A stretch of 64,000 bases of DNA. Source: an uncultured virus (IMG/VR IMGVR_UViG_3300003690_003362) (taxonomy: Duplodnaviria; Heunggongvirae; Uroviricota; Caudoviricetes). The translations under genes were made by a program, and so were the position numbers. This document shows positions 38,972 to 48,858 of the stretch, piece by piece (position 1 is the stretch's first letter; each line of letters begins with the position of its first letter). Location: the IMG/VR virus record IMGVR_UViG_3300003690_003362. The stretch is one strand, 5' to 3'. A model generated the notes under the pieces. The model searched no databases, was not told the origin of the DNA, and was given only the letters and a program-made list of their open reading frames with translations.

Positions 38972-39289
38972 TTATTCCTCTGTCAATAAAAACGAAGAAT
39001 AGTTCATTTTATATGGAGCTTCTTCTGTGCCGGAACCTATTATAAAATGAGGTATCGGAATTTCTTCCGGAATTTCTCCGTCAAGTTTTTCTTGCCAAAC
39101 TTCAACATGTCTAGCTTTAATTTCTTGCACTTGAATTTCTGTCAAAACTTGTCCGTGTTGATAATCAGCTTCTATGGCTAATGAATATTGCAAGTTATGA
39201 ACCCAGTGAACCTCAACTAAGTCTATATTTACAGCATCATATATCCATTGCGCTTCAGGTATAAATCGTGGTGAAAATAATTGTGACAT
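38972..39289 (-). CDS. Hypothetical protein
   Basis: 105-aa ORF coupled to upstream LamG gene. Confidence 0.5.
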   Translation of the reverse strand: MSQLFSPRFIPEAQWIYDAVNIDLVEVHWVHNLQYSLAIEADYQHGQVLTEIQVQEIKARHVEVWQEKLDGEIPEEIPIPHFIIGSGTEEAPYKMNYSSFLLTEE

Positions 39290-39291
39290 TA

Positions 39292-40098
39292 TTATAATCC
39301 CGATGCAATTGCGGCAGGCGAGCCACTATTATATAAAACAGAGACTTGATTAGCTGTTAAGGCCACACCCCATGCAGCGGTCTCATCTATTAGTCCATTG
39401 ATACCCATGGTAGTACCAAGTGTGTCAGCACCAACACGAGGATTTACTGCAGTTGTTGTTGCGTTTGTGCCAACTGTAGTTTTGCCACCTCCTGTTGCGA
39501 ATGTTGTATCAAGCGAACCATTTATATAACAAAGCATGCCAGTGTCATTCCCAGAACCATCATATGTAATCACAATATGTTGCCAGTTATCATCATGAAC
39601 AGTAGTAGTAGTAACTCTATAGATCCTTGAATCAGCTACTGCGAAATTAGATACTAAGTAGGCTTCGACTTTTCCAGAATTTAAAAATATTGCTGGACCT
39701 TTATATCCGCTGGCGCCCTCGCGTTTACTATAAATTCCGCGATAACCAGTTGCAGCTGTTTTTATCCAAACTGATACTGTCCAAGGATCATCATAATCCC
39801 AATCAAGGTCTGCATGGTGTGTTATTGTCAATATATCGCCGGTATCAATCTCCAAAGACTTACTTCCAAGTTTTGCTGTGTCACTCCTTTCAGTGCTAGT
39901 ACCGGTACCATCGTGATCTGTACCACTTTCTGAGTAATCTTCAATAGCTGTATCATGATCTTCATAGGTAAAATAAAATATAGGGGCGGGGCTAGTGGTG
40001 GGGCCACCGGGATATGTCTCAATACTTAATTTGGAAACACCATTTCTTGTATCAATATCACGGCAAGCGACTCCATTGACTTTAAGGGCCACGGCCAT
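39292..40098 (-). CDS. LamG-like jelly-roll domain virion protein
   Basis: WTVSVWIK, WQHIVITYDG, YING, GLIDETAAW..ALT..LYN. Confidence 0.8.
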   Translation of the reverse strand: MAVALKVNGVACRDIDTRNGVSKLSIETYPGGPTTSPAPIFYFTYEDHDTAIEDYSESGTDHDGTGTSTERSDTAKLGSKSLEIDTGDILTITHHADLDWDYDDPWTVSVWIKTAATGYRGIYSKREGASGYKGPAIFLNSGKVEAYLVSNFAVADSRIYRVTTTTVHDDNWQHIVITYDGSGNDTGMLCYINGSLDTTFATGGGKTTVGTNATTTAVNPRVGADTLGTTMGINGLIDETAAWGVALTANQVSVLYNSGSPAAIASGL

Positions 40099-40099
40099 A

Positions 40100-42073
40100 T
40101 CATGCTATCTCCACGTAATCATTGGAAGGATTAAAATAAACAAGAATATCGTTATTACTATCCTCTTTCAAGCAATAACCTACAATTCTCACAATTTCTC
40201 CACTGCCATCCGGGGCTGCAAAATCCATTTCGCCAGCCGTACCATCAGACATATATAAAGGACTTCCTATTACAGCAGTGCCATCATATGCATCACTAGC
40301 AATTCGTGCCATCCCTCTTAAAAGCATGCCATGAGTATTTGAATTTGTATTAACTGCTAGCGCAAGCAAAAATTCTTCGCCAACCGGGCTAGAGTCAGCC
40401 TGAGCCAACGTCCACTGTGGGGTACCGCTATTATAATCTAAGAAATACATTTTACTTTTAACTACCGTGGTGTTGAGCAGTTTAATTATCTCGCCTTCCA
40501 TGTTTCCATCTGTACCATAGTCATCAGTAAATGCGGTCGCATCAGTGCCGAAATCAACCTGAGTGGTTACAGAACCCTTCGGCATAATTCTCATTCGCTC
40601 AACGGCAGTTTCACTCTCACCTGTAGAAAAAATTAGCGTAGAGGCATTGGAATCAGCAGCAAAAGTGGCAGCGGCAACGGCCTTGATTGACGCGCCAACT
40701 AAAATAGCGTCGGTGGCGCTGGCTTCTAAGGGTGCTTGAAAATTAATCTGGCCAAGTACATTAGTAGCTACAACCGTTGTGTCAGAGGTGGATAAAGTTA
40801 ATATTCCACCAGAAGAGCCTGCAACATCAAGAATGGATACAGGCACAATTGTACCGATACCGACCTTATTGTTCCCGCCATCTACAAATAGCATATTGGC
40901 GTTACCGTTTGATTCTACTCTGAAGTCTTTGTCGGCGCCTGTTTCGTTAATCGTTACCGCGCTGTCGAGAATGATGTCGCCACCAGCATTTAGCGTTAAA
41001 TCATTAGAAGATGCAATAATTAAATCCGTTCCGTCACCTTCGATCTTTTCTCCATCATTCCCGAAGGTTAAGCCTACATCAGCCGGGATGTTGATATCCG
41101 TTGCTGCCATCATGTGGATATCATTGCTAGAGGCAACATACAGATCTGTACCGTCGCCTTCAACCTTTTCACCATCGTCTCCAAATGTCAAACCGATATC
41201 AATTGGAATGTTAATGTCGCCATTTGCACCAACACCAATGTGAATGTCTGTGCCGTCACCATAAATGTATTCCTCGTCGGCGCCGAACCTAAGTTTTCCA
41301 GCGACGGTTCTGGCCATGAAGGCGCCTTGTGATGCGGTGAGTTGGCTTGTTACCGTTGTAACATCTGCAGCTGCATTGCCAAGAGTTACGTTTGCATTGA
41401 AAAACGCTGCGTCTGTGCTGGTTAAACCTTGTGATGCGGTGAGTTGGCCAGTTGAAGTTACAATATCTGAGTTAGCATTGCCAAGAGTTACGTTGGCATC
41501 AAAAGTGACAGCTTGTTCAAATGTGGCTGCGGCGCCTGCAAAGCGAAGTTCGTCGGTTCCATTTTCATCGTATTCAATAGAAGCATCGCCGCCATCATCA
41601 CTGCCAAAATAAATTGCTACATCATCTTCCATAATAATCCCGGCTGAAAATGCGTGTAGTTTGGCGCTGATGATTGATTCATCATCGGTCGAAGTATCAA
41701 ATGTCATGTAGGCGTTGCCTGCCTCTTTGATTTCTAATGCCGCAGCATCATTATTAGGCAGTGCAATGTCGCCGCCGCCTGCTGGCAGGGTAATGATTAA
41801 TTCGTCGGTTCCATTTTCATCGTATTCAATAGAAGCATCGTTGCCTGTACCAAAAGTGAGCTTTGAATCATCTTGAAGGTAAACACTTCCAGTGAAGAAA
41901 TGTACATCAGTACTATCATTACCAAAGGAGTTCGAACCTAAATAAGTGGTCTCAGACTGTACAATTGTATTGAATTGATATGCCGTTAATGTTCCGGAAA
42001 CATCTAGATTACCAGAAACAGCAATCCAATCTCCAGATTGTGGATAAACTTCATTTACATATAACTTGCTCAT
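40100..42073 (-). CDS. Tail fibre-like protein with internal repeats
   Basis: Repeats ASIEYDENGTDEL, ANVTLGNA..QLTASQG, GLTFG.DGEK.EGDGTDL; NKVGIGT fibre motif. Confidence 0.7.
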   Translation of the reverse strand: MSKLYVNEVYPQSGDWIAVSGNLDVSGTLTAYQFNTIVQSETTYLGSNSFGNDSTDVHFFTGSVYLQDDSKLTFGTGNDASIEYDENGTDELIITLPAGGGDIALPNNDAAALEIKEAGNAYMTFDTSTDDESIISAKLHAFSAGIIMEDDVAIYFGSDDGGDASIEYDENGTDELRFAGAAATFEQAVTFDANVTLGNANSDIVTSTGQLTASQGLTSTDAAFFNANVTLGNAAADVTTVTSQLTASQGAFMARTVAGKLRFGADEEYIYGDGTDIHIGVGANGDINIPIDIGLTFGDDGEKVEGDGTDLYVASSNDIHMMAATDINIPADVGLTFGNDGEKIEGDGTDLIIASSNDLTLNAGGDIILDSAVTINETGADKDFRVESNGNANMLFVDGGNNKVGIGTIVPVSILDVAGSSGGILTLSTSDTTVVATNVLGQINFQAPLEASATDAILVGASIKAVAAATFAADSNASTLIFSTGESETAVERMRIMPKGSVTTQVDFGTDATAFTDDYGTDGNMEGEIIKLLNTTVVKSKMYFLDYNSGTPQWTLAQADSSPVGEEFLLALAVNTNSNTHGMLLRGMARIASDAYDGTAVIGSPLYMSDGTAGEMDFAAPDGSGEIVRIVGYCLKEDSNNDILVYFNPSNDYVEIA

Positions 42074-42136
42074 AATTATTTAACCATTTGTTCATCTATT
42101 TCCTGCATTAATAATTTAAATCTTTTACCTGTTTTA

Positions 42137-43213
42137 TTAGCTTCCGAAATCTGCTCCATAAAACTTAATTATAAATTTACCAGCATTGTAAGTGCCTGCG
42201 GTTGTCCCACCGTGAGTTAAATATATAAAATCATCTTGAATGCCGCCGGATGGTATAGTGAGTTCTGCCGATGCACCAACTGTCCAGACTCCACCATTAA
42301 CCATTACTACCGATTCGCCGTTTTCGTCTTCAGCTAAGCTGTCGTCGCCGTTGACAGTCAAATTTATGTCAGGATCTCCTGTTGTTGGCACCTCGATACA
42401 AGCCATTTCACCACGATATATAACACCATTAATAGCTGTGGTCATTCTTGTGAGATAAGCATTGGCGGTATCATTTTCTCCAATAACATCACCAGCGGTA
42501 TTACTAGAGACACAATTTCCATCCCCAATGTCCACCGTTATCGTTGTTACAATTTCATCATTAACTTGTGCAACAAACATATTCATCGTGATAGCGTTAA
42601 AGCCGCCACCTGCAGCTGTTGCATCCCGAACAATGTGTCTTACTGGCTGCTTGAACTCGATTTTTTCCTCGCTGTTCGTAGTATTAAATACCATATAAGC
42701 TGTACTACTTTCTCTAAATTCAAAGGCTTCAGCATCATTATCAGGCATTGCAATATCACCACCGCCTGCTGGCAGTGTGATAACTAATTCATTGGTACCA
42801 CCTGTGATGTATTCAATAGAGCCGTCTAAATCCCGGCCAAAATTAAGCTTGAAATCATCAAAAATTGTTACATCTTGTTTGAGTTGGATTTCTTCCTGGC
42901 CGTTCGAAGTGACAAATGACATGTAGACGTTGCCAGCTTCATTAATCTGGAAAGCCTCCTCGGTATTATCTGGCATGTATATTGCCCCGCCGTCTGTACC
43001 CACGTCAAGAACAAACGTATTATCTCCGCCACCTGGATCACCGTACATAATATAGCTATCTTCACCGGTGCCAAGAAAAAGTTTGGCCTCGTCCGGAAGT
43101 AAAATTCCCTGCGAACCGGTTAACCGGCCGGTTATACTTATGGTATCGGTGTCATCATCACCAAGAGTTACATTTTGAGTGTAAGTTGTGCGCGATTGTT
43201 TTATATCTGGCAT
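42137..43213 (-). CDS. Fibre-like virion protein sharing repeats with 40100-42073
   Basis: SIEY..ELVITLPAGGGDIAMPDND repeat unit. Confidence 0.6.
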   Translation of the reverse strand: MPDIKQSRTTYTQNVTLGDDDTDTISITGRLTGSQGILLPDEAKLFLGTGEDSYIMYGDPGGGDNTFVLDVGTDGGAIYMPDNTEEAFQINEAGNVYMSFVTSNGQEEIQLKQDVTIFDDFKLNFGRDLDGSIEYITGGTNELVITLPAGGGDIAMPDNDAEAFEFRESSTAYMVFNTTNSEEKIEFKQPVRHIVRDATAAGGGFNAITMNMFVAQVNDEIVTTITVDIGDGNCVSSNTAGDVIGENDTANAYLTRMTTAINGVIYRGEMACIEVPTTGDPDINLTVNGDDSLAEDENGESVVMVNGGVWTVGASAELTIPSGGIQDDFIYLTHGGTTAGTYNAGKFIIKFYGADFGS

Positions 43214-43229
43214 TTAATCATATTTCCTT

Positions 43230-43730
43230 TTAAGATCCGTCGAATGTGGTGAGACCCGAACCGGTTAAATGATACATACTGGCTGGCAGTATATTGGTTA
43301 ACTCACCCAATAATCTATAATGGGCGGCGCCTGACATGGTTGTAATATAAATTTCTTTACACTTTGTTCTAAAAGTGACACTCGCGTCCGGTTGAATTGT
43401 CCAATAGTGAGCGCCGTGGGCCATTTCCGTTTTTCCCCAAGCTAAATCGTTTGCCACGGCAACAAGATCAGTTGAAGAAAAATTAAGTCCTGCTGAGCCG
43501 CTGACAAAATGTACCTGGATTTCTTTACCATCAGTCGTGCCATCACTAAGCTTTGCCAAGTTGGCAACAGTAATCTCTCTTACAACTGTTGGAAATTCAT
43601 ATCTTTTCATTTTGGCGTCTGGGTGGCCGTCGGTCCCGTCACCGGATGTTCCTGAAATATAAGGTATACCAGAAACCTGATATGAACCTACATTTCTTAA
43701 GCCTACGCCTTTATAATTGTGAACTGCCAT
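43230..43730 (-). CDS. Putative virion protein
   Basis: GLRNVGSYQVSGIPY start, in late block with late-type motif upstream. Confidence 0.5.
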   Translation of the reverse strand: MAVHNYKGVGLRNVGSYQVSGIPYISGTSGDGTDGHPDAKMKRYEFPTVVREITVANLAKLSDGTTDGKEIQVHFVSGSAGLNFSSTDLVAVANDLAWGKTEMAHGAHYWTIQPDASVTFRTKCKEIYITTMSGAAHYRLLGELTNILPASMYHLTGSGLTTFDGS

Positions 43731-43758
43731 AATTTAATTTCACCTCTTTGCTTTATAA

Positions 43759-43989
43759 TTAGTTATTATTTAGCTTATTATCAATTTTTGCTTGCAATTT
43801 CTCTAGTACTTTTTTTCGTCGTTCTTTTTCTCTTTTTCTTGCTAGAGAAGGCTTTTCATAATACATCCTATCTCTATAATTTTCTATGACTCTTTCTTTT
43901 TTACACTTTTTAACAAATCTTCTAATTAACTTCTCGATTGGCTCATCCTTGTGCCGTGGCGCTGCCTCAACTATAACTGTTCTTGACAT
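43759..43989 (-). CDS. rpsU: Ribosomal protein bS21 homologue
   Basis: EPIEKLIRRFVKKCKKE..RMYYEKPS..RKR; 76 aa basic. Confidence 0.85.
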   Translation of the reverse strand: MSRTVIVEAAPRHKDEPIEKLIRRFVKKCKKERVIENYRDRMYYEKPSLARKREKERRKKVLEKLQAKIDNKLNNN

Positions 43990-43991
43990 TA

Positions 43992-44426
43992 TTATTTCCT
44001 TTTAGCTAATTTTTTCCAACGTTGTCCGCCGATGGCCATAATTCCAGAAATATCGACTCCTGCATCTTCTGGGTCAACTCCAGTTAGCGCCCCTTGTGCA
44101 GAACTTGCGCCTTCATTTAAACTTCCACCCGTAGATAATGGTTTTGTTCCTTCAAAAACGTCAACACCAGAAAATCCGGTGGCATCTAAAAGTTTTCTTT
44201 TGCGTTCTTGTTCTTGTTTCCACCTTTCTTGAAGCAATTCTTGCTGTTCAGTTTCTGAATTAAAATCATTTTGTGGTTTTTGAAGTACAGGAGGTTGTTT
44301 TATAGATTGCGTGTTTTTGAGAACCTCTGTTATAACACTGGAAAGGGCGCCTTCTTCAAAGATTACTTCTTTTATACATTGTTTTATTAGGGGCTTTAAA
44401 ACTTTTTTAAGCTCGTTTCTGTTCAT
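43992..44426 (-). CDS. Hypothetical head-region protein
   Basis: Starts MNRNELKKVLKPLIKQCIKEVIFEE (tag-like). Confidence 0.55.
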   Translation of the reverse strand: MNRNELKKVLKPLIKQCIKEVIFEEGALSSVITEVLKNTQSIKQPPVLQKPQNDFNSETEQQELLQERWKQEQERKRKLLDATGFSGVDVFEGTKPLSTGGSLNEGASSAQGALTGVDPEDAGVDISGIMAIGGQRWKKLAKRK

Positions 44427-45037
44427 TTTATACCTTCTAAAATATCGTTTAAAGCACGATTAATTCTATCTGCTTTTGTAAAAATATTATTTAATTGTTT
44501 TTCCATACCCTCGGAAAGCATATAGGCACCTGGAGTAGAAGGTTCTGATACAAAATCAAAACAAATTAACTGGAAATCGTCATTTACATAAGTTTTTCCA
44601 TTTCTATCTTCTGTTGAGCCCAAACCTCTAGAGGAGATTCCTAATTTAACTCCAGATTCTATTAAGCCTTTGAGTATATTCCCAGAAGGAGTGTTTAAAA
44701 CTTGTACTTTTCCCATAACATTGTCTCCATCCCACCATAATTTTGTAACAAGATGAGAAGCATTCCTAAGATTAATAACAGATTCATCTGGATGATCAAG
44801 TTCTCCTAAAGCTCTTTTTTCTTTAACTAATTTTTGATAATTTTTAACTTCTTTTTGTAAAACTCCGAGAGGATATACACGACCATTGCCGTTTAATGCA
44901 TCTGCTTTTTGCATCACACCAGAAAGCATAACCGTTCCTGATGCTACTAAGCGTTTTTCTTCTTCTGTCAAAAGATCTTGACAAACTCCACCTTCGCAAA
45001 GTTCATAGTATTCTCTTAAAAGTACCTTTTTAGACAT
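44423..45037 (-). CDS. Prohead protease (gp21-like)
   Basis: NGNGRVYP, ALGELDHP, SH, TPSG, GISSRGLGS, DFVSEPSTPGA. Confidence 0.95.
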   Translation of the reverse strand: MSKKVLLREYYELCEGGVCQDLLTEEEKRLVASGTVMLSGVMQKADALNGNGRVYPLGVLQKEVKNYQKLVKEKRALGELDHPDESVINLRNASHLVTKLWWDGDNVMGKVQVLNTPSGNILKGLIESGVKLGISSRGLGSTEDRNGKTYVNDDFQLICFDFVSEPSTPGAYMLSEGMEKQLNNIFTKADRINRALNDILEGIK

Positions 45038-45040
45038 TGT

Positions 45041-45136
45041 TTATTTCCTTTTAAAAACCACGGGCGTAACCCGTGCGAGTCTAGAACCGCTACAACACCT
45101 GCGAACTGGTTGCAGCATCCATTTTTTAGTTAACAT
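45041..45136 (-). CDS. 31-aa small ORF (not in the ORF track)
   Basis: MLTKKWMLQPVRRCCSGSRLARVTPVVFKRK*, GGAG RBS, fills the gap before the protease. Confidence 0.45.
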   Translation of the reverse strand: MLTKKWMLQPVRRCCSGSRLARVTPVVFKRK

Positions 45137-45455
45137 GACAATCTCCCTCGTCTTTATAGGTCACTTTAAAGCCAAAATCATTAATCAACACTCCTAAAAG
45201 ATAACAAGTTCCAGAACTAAGTGATCCCAATATAAGAGCGTTGGCCAAAGTATATTCAAATGTAAATAGTTCTGTACATCCGTTTATTCCGAACAAAAAC
45301 ACACCTGTCCAAAATCCCATGCACATTGAGCAATGAAATAATTTTCCAAAACCTTTTAACCAATTTTTTGAAGGACGTATTTTATTGAATATCGTACCAA
45401 AGACTAAGATTTGAGTTAATCCATATGCAGCTAAGATAAAGTATATTAATTCCAC
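45126..45455 (-). CDS. DUF1360-like membrane protein
   Basis: GTG start ELIYFIL; FHCSMCMGFW motif and hydrophobic helices. Confidence 0.65.
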   Translation of the reverse strand: MELIYFILAAYGLTQILVFGTIFNKIRPSKNWLKGFGKLFHCSMCMGFWTGVFLFGINGCTELFTFEYTLANALILGSLSSGTCYLLGVLINDFGFKVTYKDEGDCHVN

Positions 45456-46011
45456 TGCTCCCCCTACGCTCTGTACATTCCTGTGAATGATCATCTTCTG
45501 GCTCTAACATCCAATCTTCCATATCATTTTGCTGTTTCTCGTTTCTATCATAATATGGTGTTTCTTCATCTATAAATTTAGCAATAACATATATTGCCAC
45601 ATCAATAGGATCAACGTTTGGTTCGGCCGGGGGCGGAATGTTAGCTTCTAAAGAACCATATAAGTTTCCACCCTGTACAGAATCAATAACAATTACGCCT
45701 TTTTTTGACAAGAAATCAAACAAGCGACTCTGCGCAGCGTATATATGATCTCCCATTTCATCTTTTGGGAAAGCAACAATCTTAAACATTTGTGGCATTA
45801 CAGCGATATCAACATCTGGATGGTCAAAAATCATATATGTTCCATCTAAAGATTTTCTAATTTTTAAAGCAACGCGAGCTTGAGATTGAACATCCTCTGG
45901 TTTTCCCATAATTCCTGGCAATTGCATGCCAGCTTGTTCGGGGTAAAACTGATCGGCGGCGGTGTCCGAAACAATTTTAATATCAAAACCTTTGTCTTCT
46001 TCATTCGCCAT
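45382..46011 (-). CDS. Hypothetical protein (C-terminus probably damaged)
   Basis: 209-aa ORF overlapping next gene by 74 nt. Confidence 0.55.
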   Translation of the reverse strand: MANEEDKGFDIKIVSDTAADQFYPEQAGMQLPGIMGKPEDVQSQARVALKIRKSLDGTYMIFDHPDVDIAVMPQMFKIVAFPKDEMGDHIYAAQSRLFDFLSKKGVIVIDSVQGGNLYGSLEANIPPPAEPNVDPIDVAIYVIAKFIDEETPYYDRNEKQQNDMEDWMLEPEDDHSQECTERRGSSGINILYLSCIWINSNLSLWYDIQ

Positions 46012-46835
46012 TATTTATTAATCTCTTGCGCAAGGCTTTGTATTTTTAAAATGTGAGTTAACATGTTTTTATCAAATGGCTTGTCTTTAAAGCTTTCTAT
46101 AAGGCCTAAAACTTTTTTGGTTCTCTCACACATTGATTCGTCTGAATTTATATCTTGACTTATCAAGGCTTTGTTTATAACACCTTTTAACCTTCCAAGC
46201 TCTTCATTCAAAAATACTTTAAGCTGAAGACCGTTATCATCAAAAGACAAAACGTAGCTTTGTAAGATAGCTTTTTGTTCTTGTAAGAGCGCTTCTCCAT
46301 ATGTTTTGTTAAATTTCTTTAAAAATGTTCTATAAACCAAATTACTAATTGGAACTTTATTTGAGGAAATGCCTTCTTTTTCAGAAATTAATGTAAGCAA
46401 CTCTGCTTCCAACAAAACTCTATTTTTCACAGATACATCATCATTAAAAATTTGAGAAATTGTTGCTAAATTTTTATAATTTGGAACAAAATTAGAAAAA
46501 ACATCTTTTGAAAGACTTTTATTAATTTTTGAAATGATCCTACTTTGTTCAATAAACAGTTTCTTTTTGTTGATTTTTTTATGTTCTTTTTTAACTTCTT
46601 GAATTAATTTTTCAGCAACAGTGTCATTAACATTTTGTGGGGAAGCTAACGTTCTATATAATTGTAGTTCCTTTCCCAATTCTGTATTAGTAATAAAATG
46701 CTCTTTAACGATAGAAATAATTATATTTTTCTTTTGTAAATCTTTGGCTATAATACTTTTAGTTATTTCCCTCACCAAGACTTCATATAAAAAAGCTGTA
46801 TTTCTTTTCTTATTGTGTTTCTTCTTTTTTGTCAT
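46011..46835 (-). CDS. Hypothetical protein downstream of portal
   Basis: 274-aa helical ORF, KHNKKRNTAFLYE start. Confidence 0.6.
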   Translation of the reverse strand: MTKKKKHNKKRNTAFLYEVLVREITKSIIAKDLQKKNIIISIVKEHFITNTELGKELQLYRTLASPQNVNDTVAEKLIQEVKKEHKKINKKKLFIEQSRIISKINKSLSKDVFSNFVPNYKNLATISQIFNDDVSVKNRVLLEAELLTLISEKEGISSNKVPISNLVYRTFLKKFNKTYGEALLQEQKAILQSYVLSFDDNGLQLKVFLNEELGRLKGVINKALISQDINSDESMCERTKKVLGLIESFKDKPFDKNMLTHILKIQSLAQEINK

Positions 46836-48855
46836 CTTTTTGTTGTAACTCCAATATCAAATTTTTAATCTCTTGATTTGAATCTAAAATAGTTCTTTCT
46901 TGTCTGTCATAATTAGTTTCACTTTCTTCATAGAGCGCATTTTTTCCTAAACCAAATAATTCTAGAGCACCCTTGTGAATGTTCCTTTTTGTTGAACTTC
47001 CTGTTTCGTTTGCCCATTGACCTTTATAGTGTCTCCGGCGGGCGCCCATGTCTCTTGTATCATAAGTTACAGGTTTATACCACTTGCCTTTTGATTTAGC
47101 AGTTGTTCTGGCCTTTTCTCTTCCAAAAACATCATGTTGAATTTTATACCAATCTTCTTCGTCTCTTTTTCCTGGTGCTACAAGAAGTGCAGATTCTTCT
47201 TCGCCACCTTCGCCACCTTCGCCGCCTTCTTCTTCGCCTTCGGTGGCTTCACCTTCTTCTTTTTCTTCTTCTGGAGTGCCTTCTGGGACTGGACCACCTT
47301 CTTCGGGAGGCGCGGCGCCTTCTCCAGGAGGTGCAGTACCTGGTCCTTCTAAGCCCATGGCGGCGCCTGCACCTTCGGCGGCGCCTTGCATTTGAGCCAT
47401 TCCAGCTTGTACAACAGATTCCATAGCAGTATCAAGCTTTCTATCAAAGAACATTTCTCTTTGATTACGAATAATTTCTTCATCAGAAAGCCCAAATAGT
47501 TTATCTGCAACCCATCTTCTACTGAAATATCCGTCAGTAGCTGAACCTGCAGTGTCAAATTTAACTCTCCAATGTTCTAATTCTTGTAATTCTGCAAGCT
47601 TTGAAGGATTATTTAAGTGGAGAGTAAAAGATACCAAATCATCACCTCTAAAGCCCAATGTGTAAAGATGGACAATGCCAATTTTTTCAAGCTCAGAGAT
47701 AATTGATCTTTGAAGTCTTTGAATCGTTCTGGCAAAACGAATGTCTTTTTGAGCTAAAGTGGCTTTGTCTTCTGCGGCCCCTTCGCCCATTGCTAGATAG
47801 CCTTGTGGAACTTTTAAAGCTGCAAACAACTTCTCTCTAAGATATTTAACATCCTCAATATCTCCAGTGTAGGTTCCGCCTGGGAGTGATTCAATTTTTG
47901 TACTTTGTTGTCCTCCACGAACAGGAACAAAATAATCTTCATCAATGCTCATTGGATTATAGCGCAAATCAACTCGACCTGTTTCAGCGTCAACTACTTG
48001 ATTTCTTTTCATTGATGTGATTACTTTTTGCATATATTGTTCAACATCAGAAGGGTTAATTCCACCAACATCAATGTAAAAAACTCTTCTTTCGGGAGAA
48101 CGCACAATGCGATAAGCCATCATTGCGTCTTCAAGTAATGTTAATTGACGCCAAATTCTTCTTGCGGGCTCTAAAACAGAAGTTCCATATGGTGCATACT
48201 TATCATTCCCAAGAATTCTGAAATGTGACAGTTGCCAATTCTCGAAAGTCATACCAGCCGTATTCCACTGAAATTGTACATAATTTGGATTAGTTTTATC
48301 TTCTCCCTCTAATCTTTCTACTTCAGGAGATGGCAAACCAATTGTATTGATTATCCCAACTTCAGGATTTAAATCTAAATAAAGAAAAAAGTCACCATAT
48401 TTACACATTGTTCGACACCAACCAAATAAATTGTGTTCAACATTTAAAACATTATAATATAAAGAATTTAATACGCCTTTAATTTCTTCATTTGGGCATT
48501 TTACTGTTATCATCTCTCTCAGATCATTAGAGGTGGTCATTTCATCTGCATAAATATCTAAAGATGACGCAATCTCTGGTGTATATTCCATTTGATCAAA
48601 ATCAACATAACGTTGATTTCGATTTTGTTGAGCCATGATGTTGGCTGATAAATTATCAAAAGGATTATAAGATAGTCTTTGAAATTTTTGTCCTGCAACA
48701 TCTTTAAATCTACTACCATATTTATCCAGTCTTCTTCTAGAGAGTTGTCGAGTAGACTGTGAACGGTAGTTGATAAGAGGTCCAGAAAAAAGTCTAGTCA
48801 ACTTTTTAAATAAAGGCCATGATGAATCCTTTGGGTTTTTATTTCTATTTGCCAT
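46810..48855 (-). CDS. Portal protein (gp20-like)
   Basis: YGTSVLE, LLEDAMMAYRIVRSPERRVFYIDVG, EDYFVPVRG, IESLPGG, ALKVP. Confidence 0.95.
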   Translation of the reverse strand: MANRNKNPKDSSWPLFKKLTRLFSGPLINYRSQSTRQLSRRRLDKYGSRFKDVAGQKFQRLSYNPFDNLSANIMAQQNRNQRYVDFDQMEYTPEIASSLDIYADEMTTSNDLREMITVKCPNEEIKGVLNSLYYNVLNVEHNLFGWCRTMCKYGDFFLYLDLNPEVGIINTIGLPSPEVERLEGEDKTNPNYVQFQWNTAGMTFENWQLSHFRILGNDKYAPYGTSVLEPARRIWRQLTLLEDAMMAYRIVRSPERRVFYIDVGGINPSDVEQYMQKVITSMKRNQVVDAETGRVDLRYNPMSIDEDYFVPVRGGQQSTKIESLPGGTYTGDIEDVKYLREKLFAALKVPQGYLAMGEGAAEDKATLAQKDIRFARTIQRLQRSIISELEKIGIVHLYTLGFRGDDLVSFTLHLNNPSKLAELQELEHWRVKFDTAGSATDGYFSRRWVADKLFGLSDEEIIRNQREMFFDRKLDTAMESVVQAGMAQMQGAAEGAGAAMGLEGPGTAPPGEGAAPPEEGGPVPEGTPEEEKEEGEATEGEEEGGEGGEGGEEESALLVAPGKRDEEDWYKIQHDVFGREKARTTAKSKGKWYKPVTYDTRDMGARRRHYKGQWANETGSSTKRNIHKGALELFGLGKNALYEESETNYDRQERTILDSNQEIKNLILELQQKDDKKEETQ

Positions 48856-48858
48856 TCT

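Noticed and set aside
47190..47400. Short GC-rich repeats in portal C-terminus (also scaffold 36380-36800 and 53940-54000)
   Set aside because: Explained by low-complexity acidic or Pro/Gly linkers in the encoded proteins
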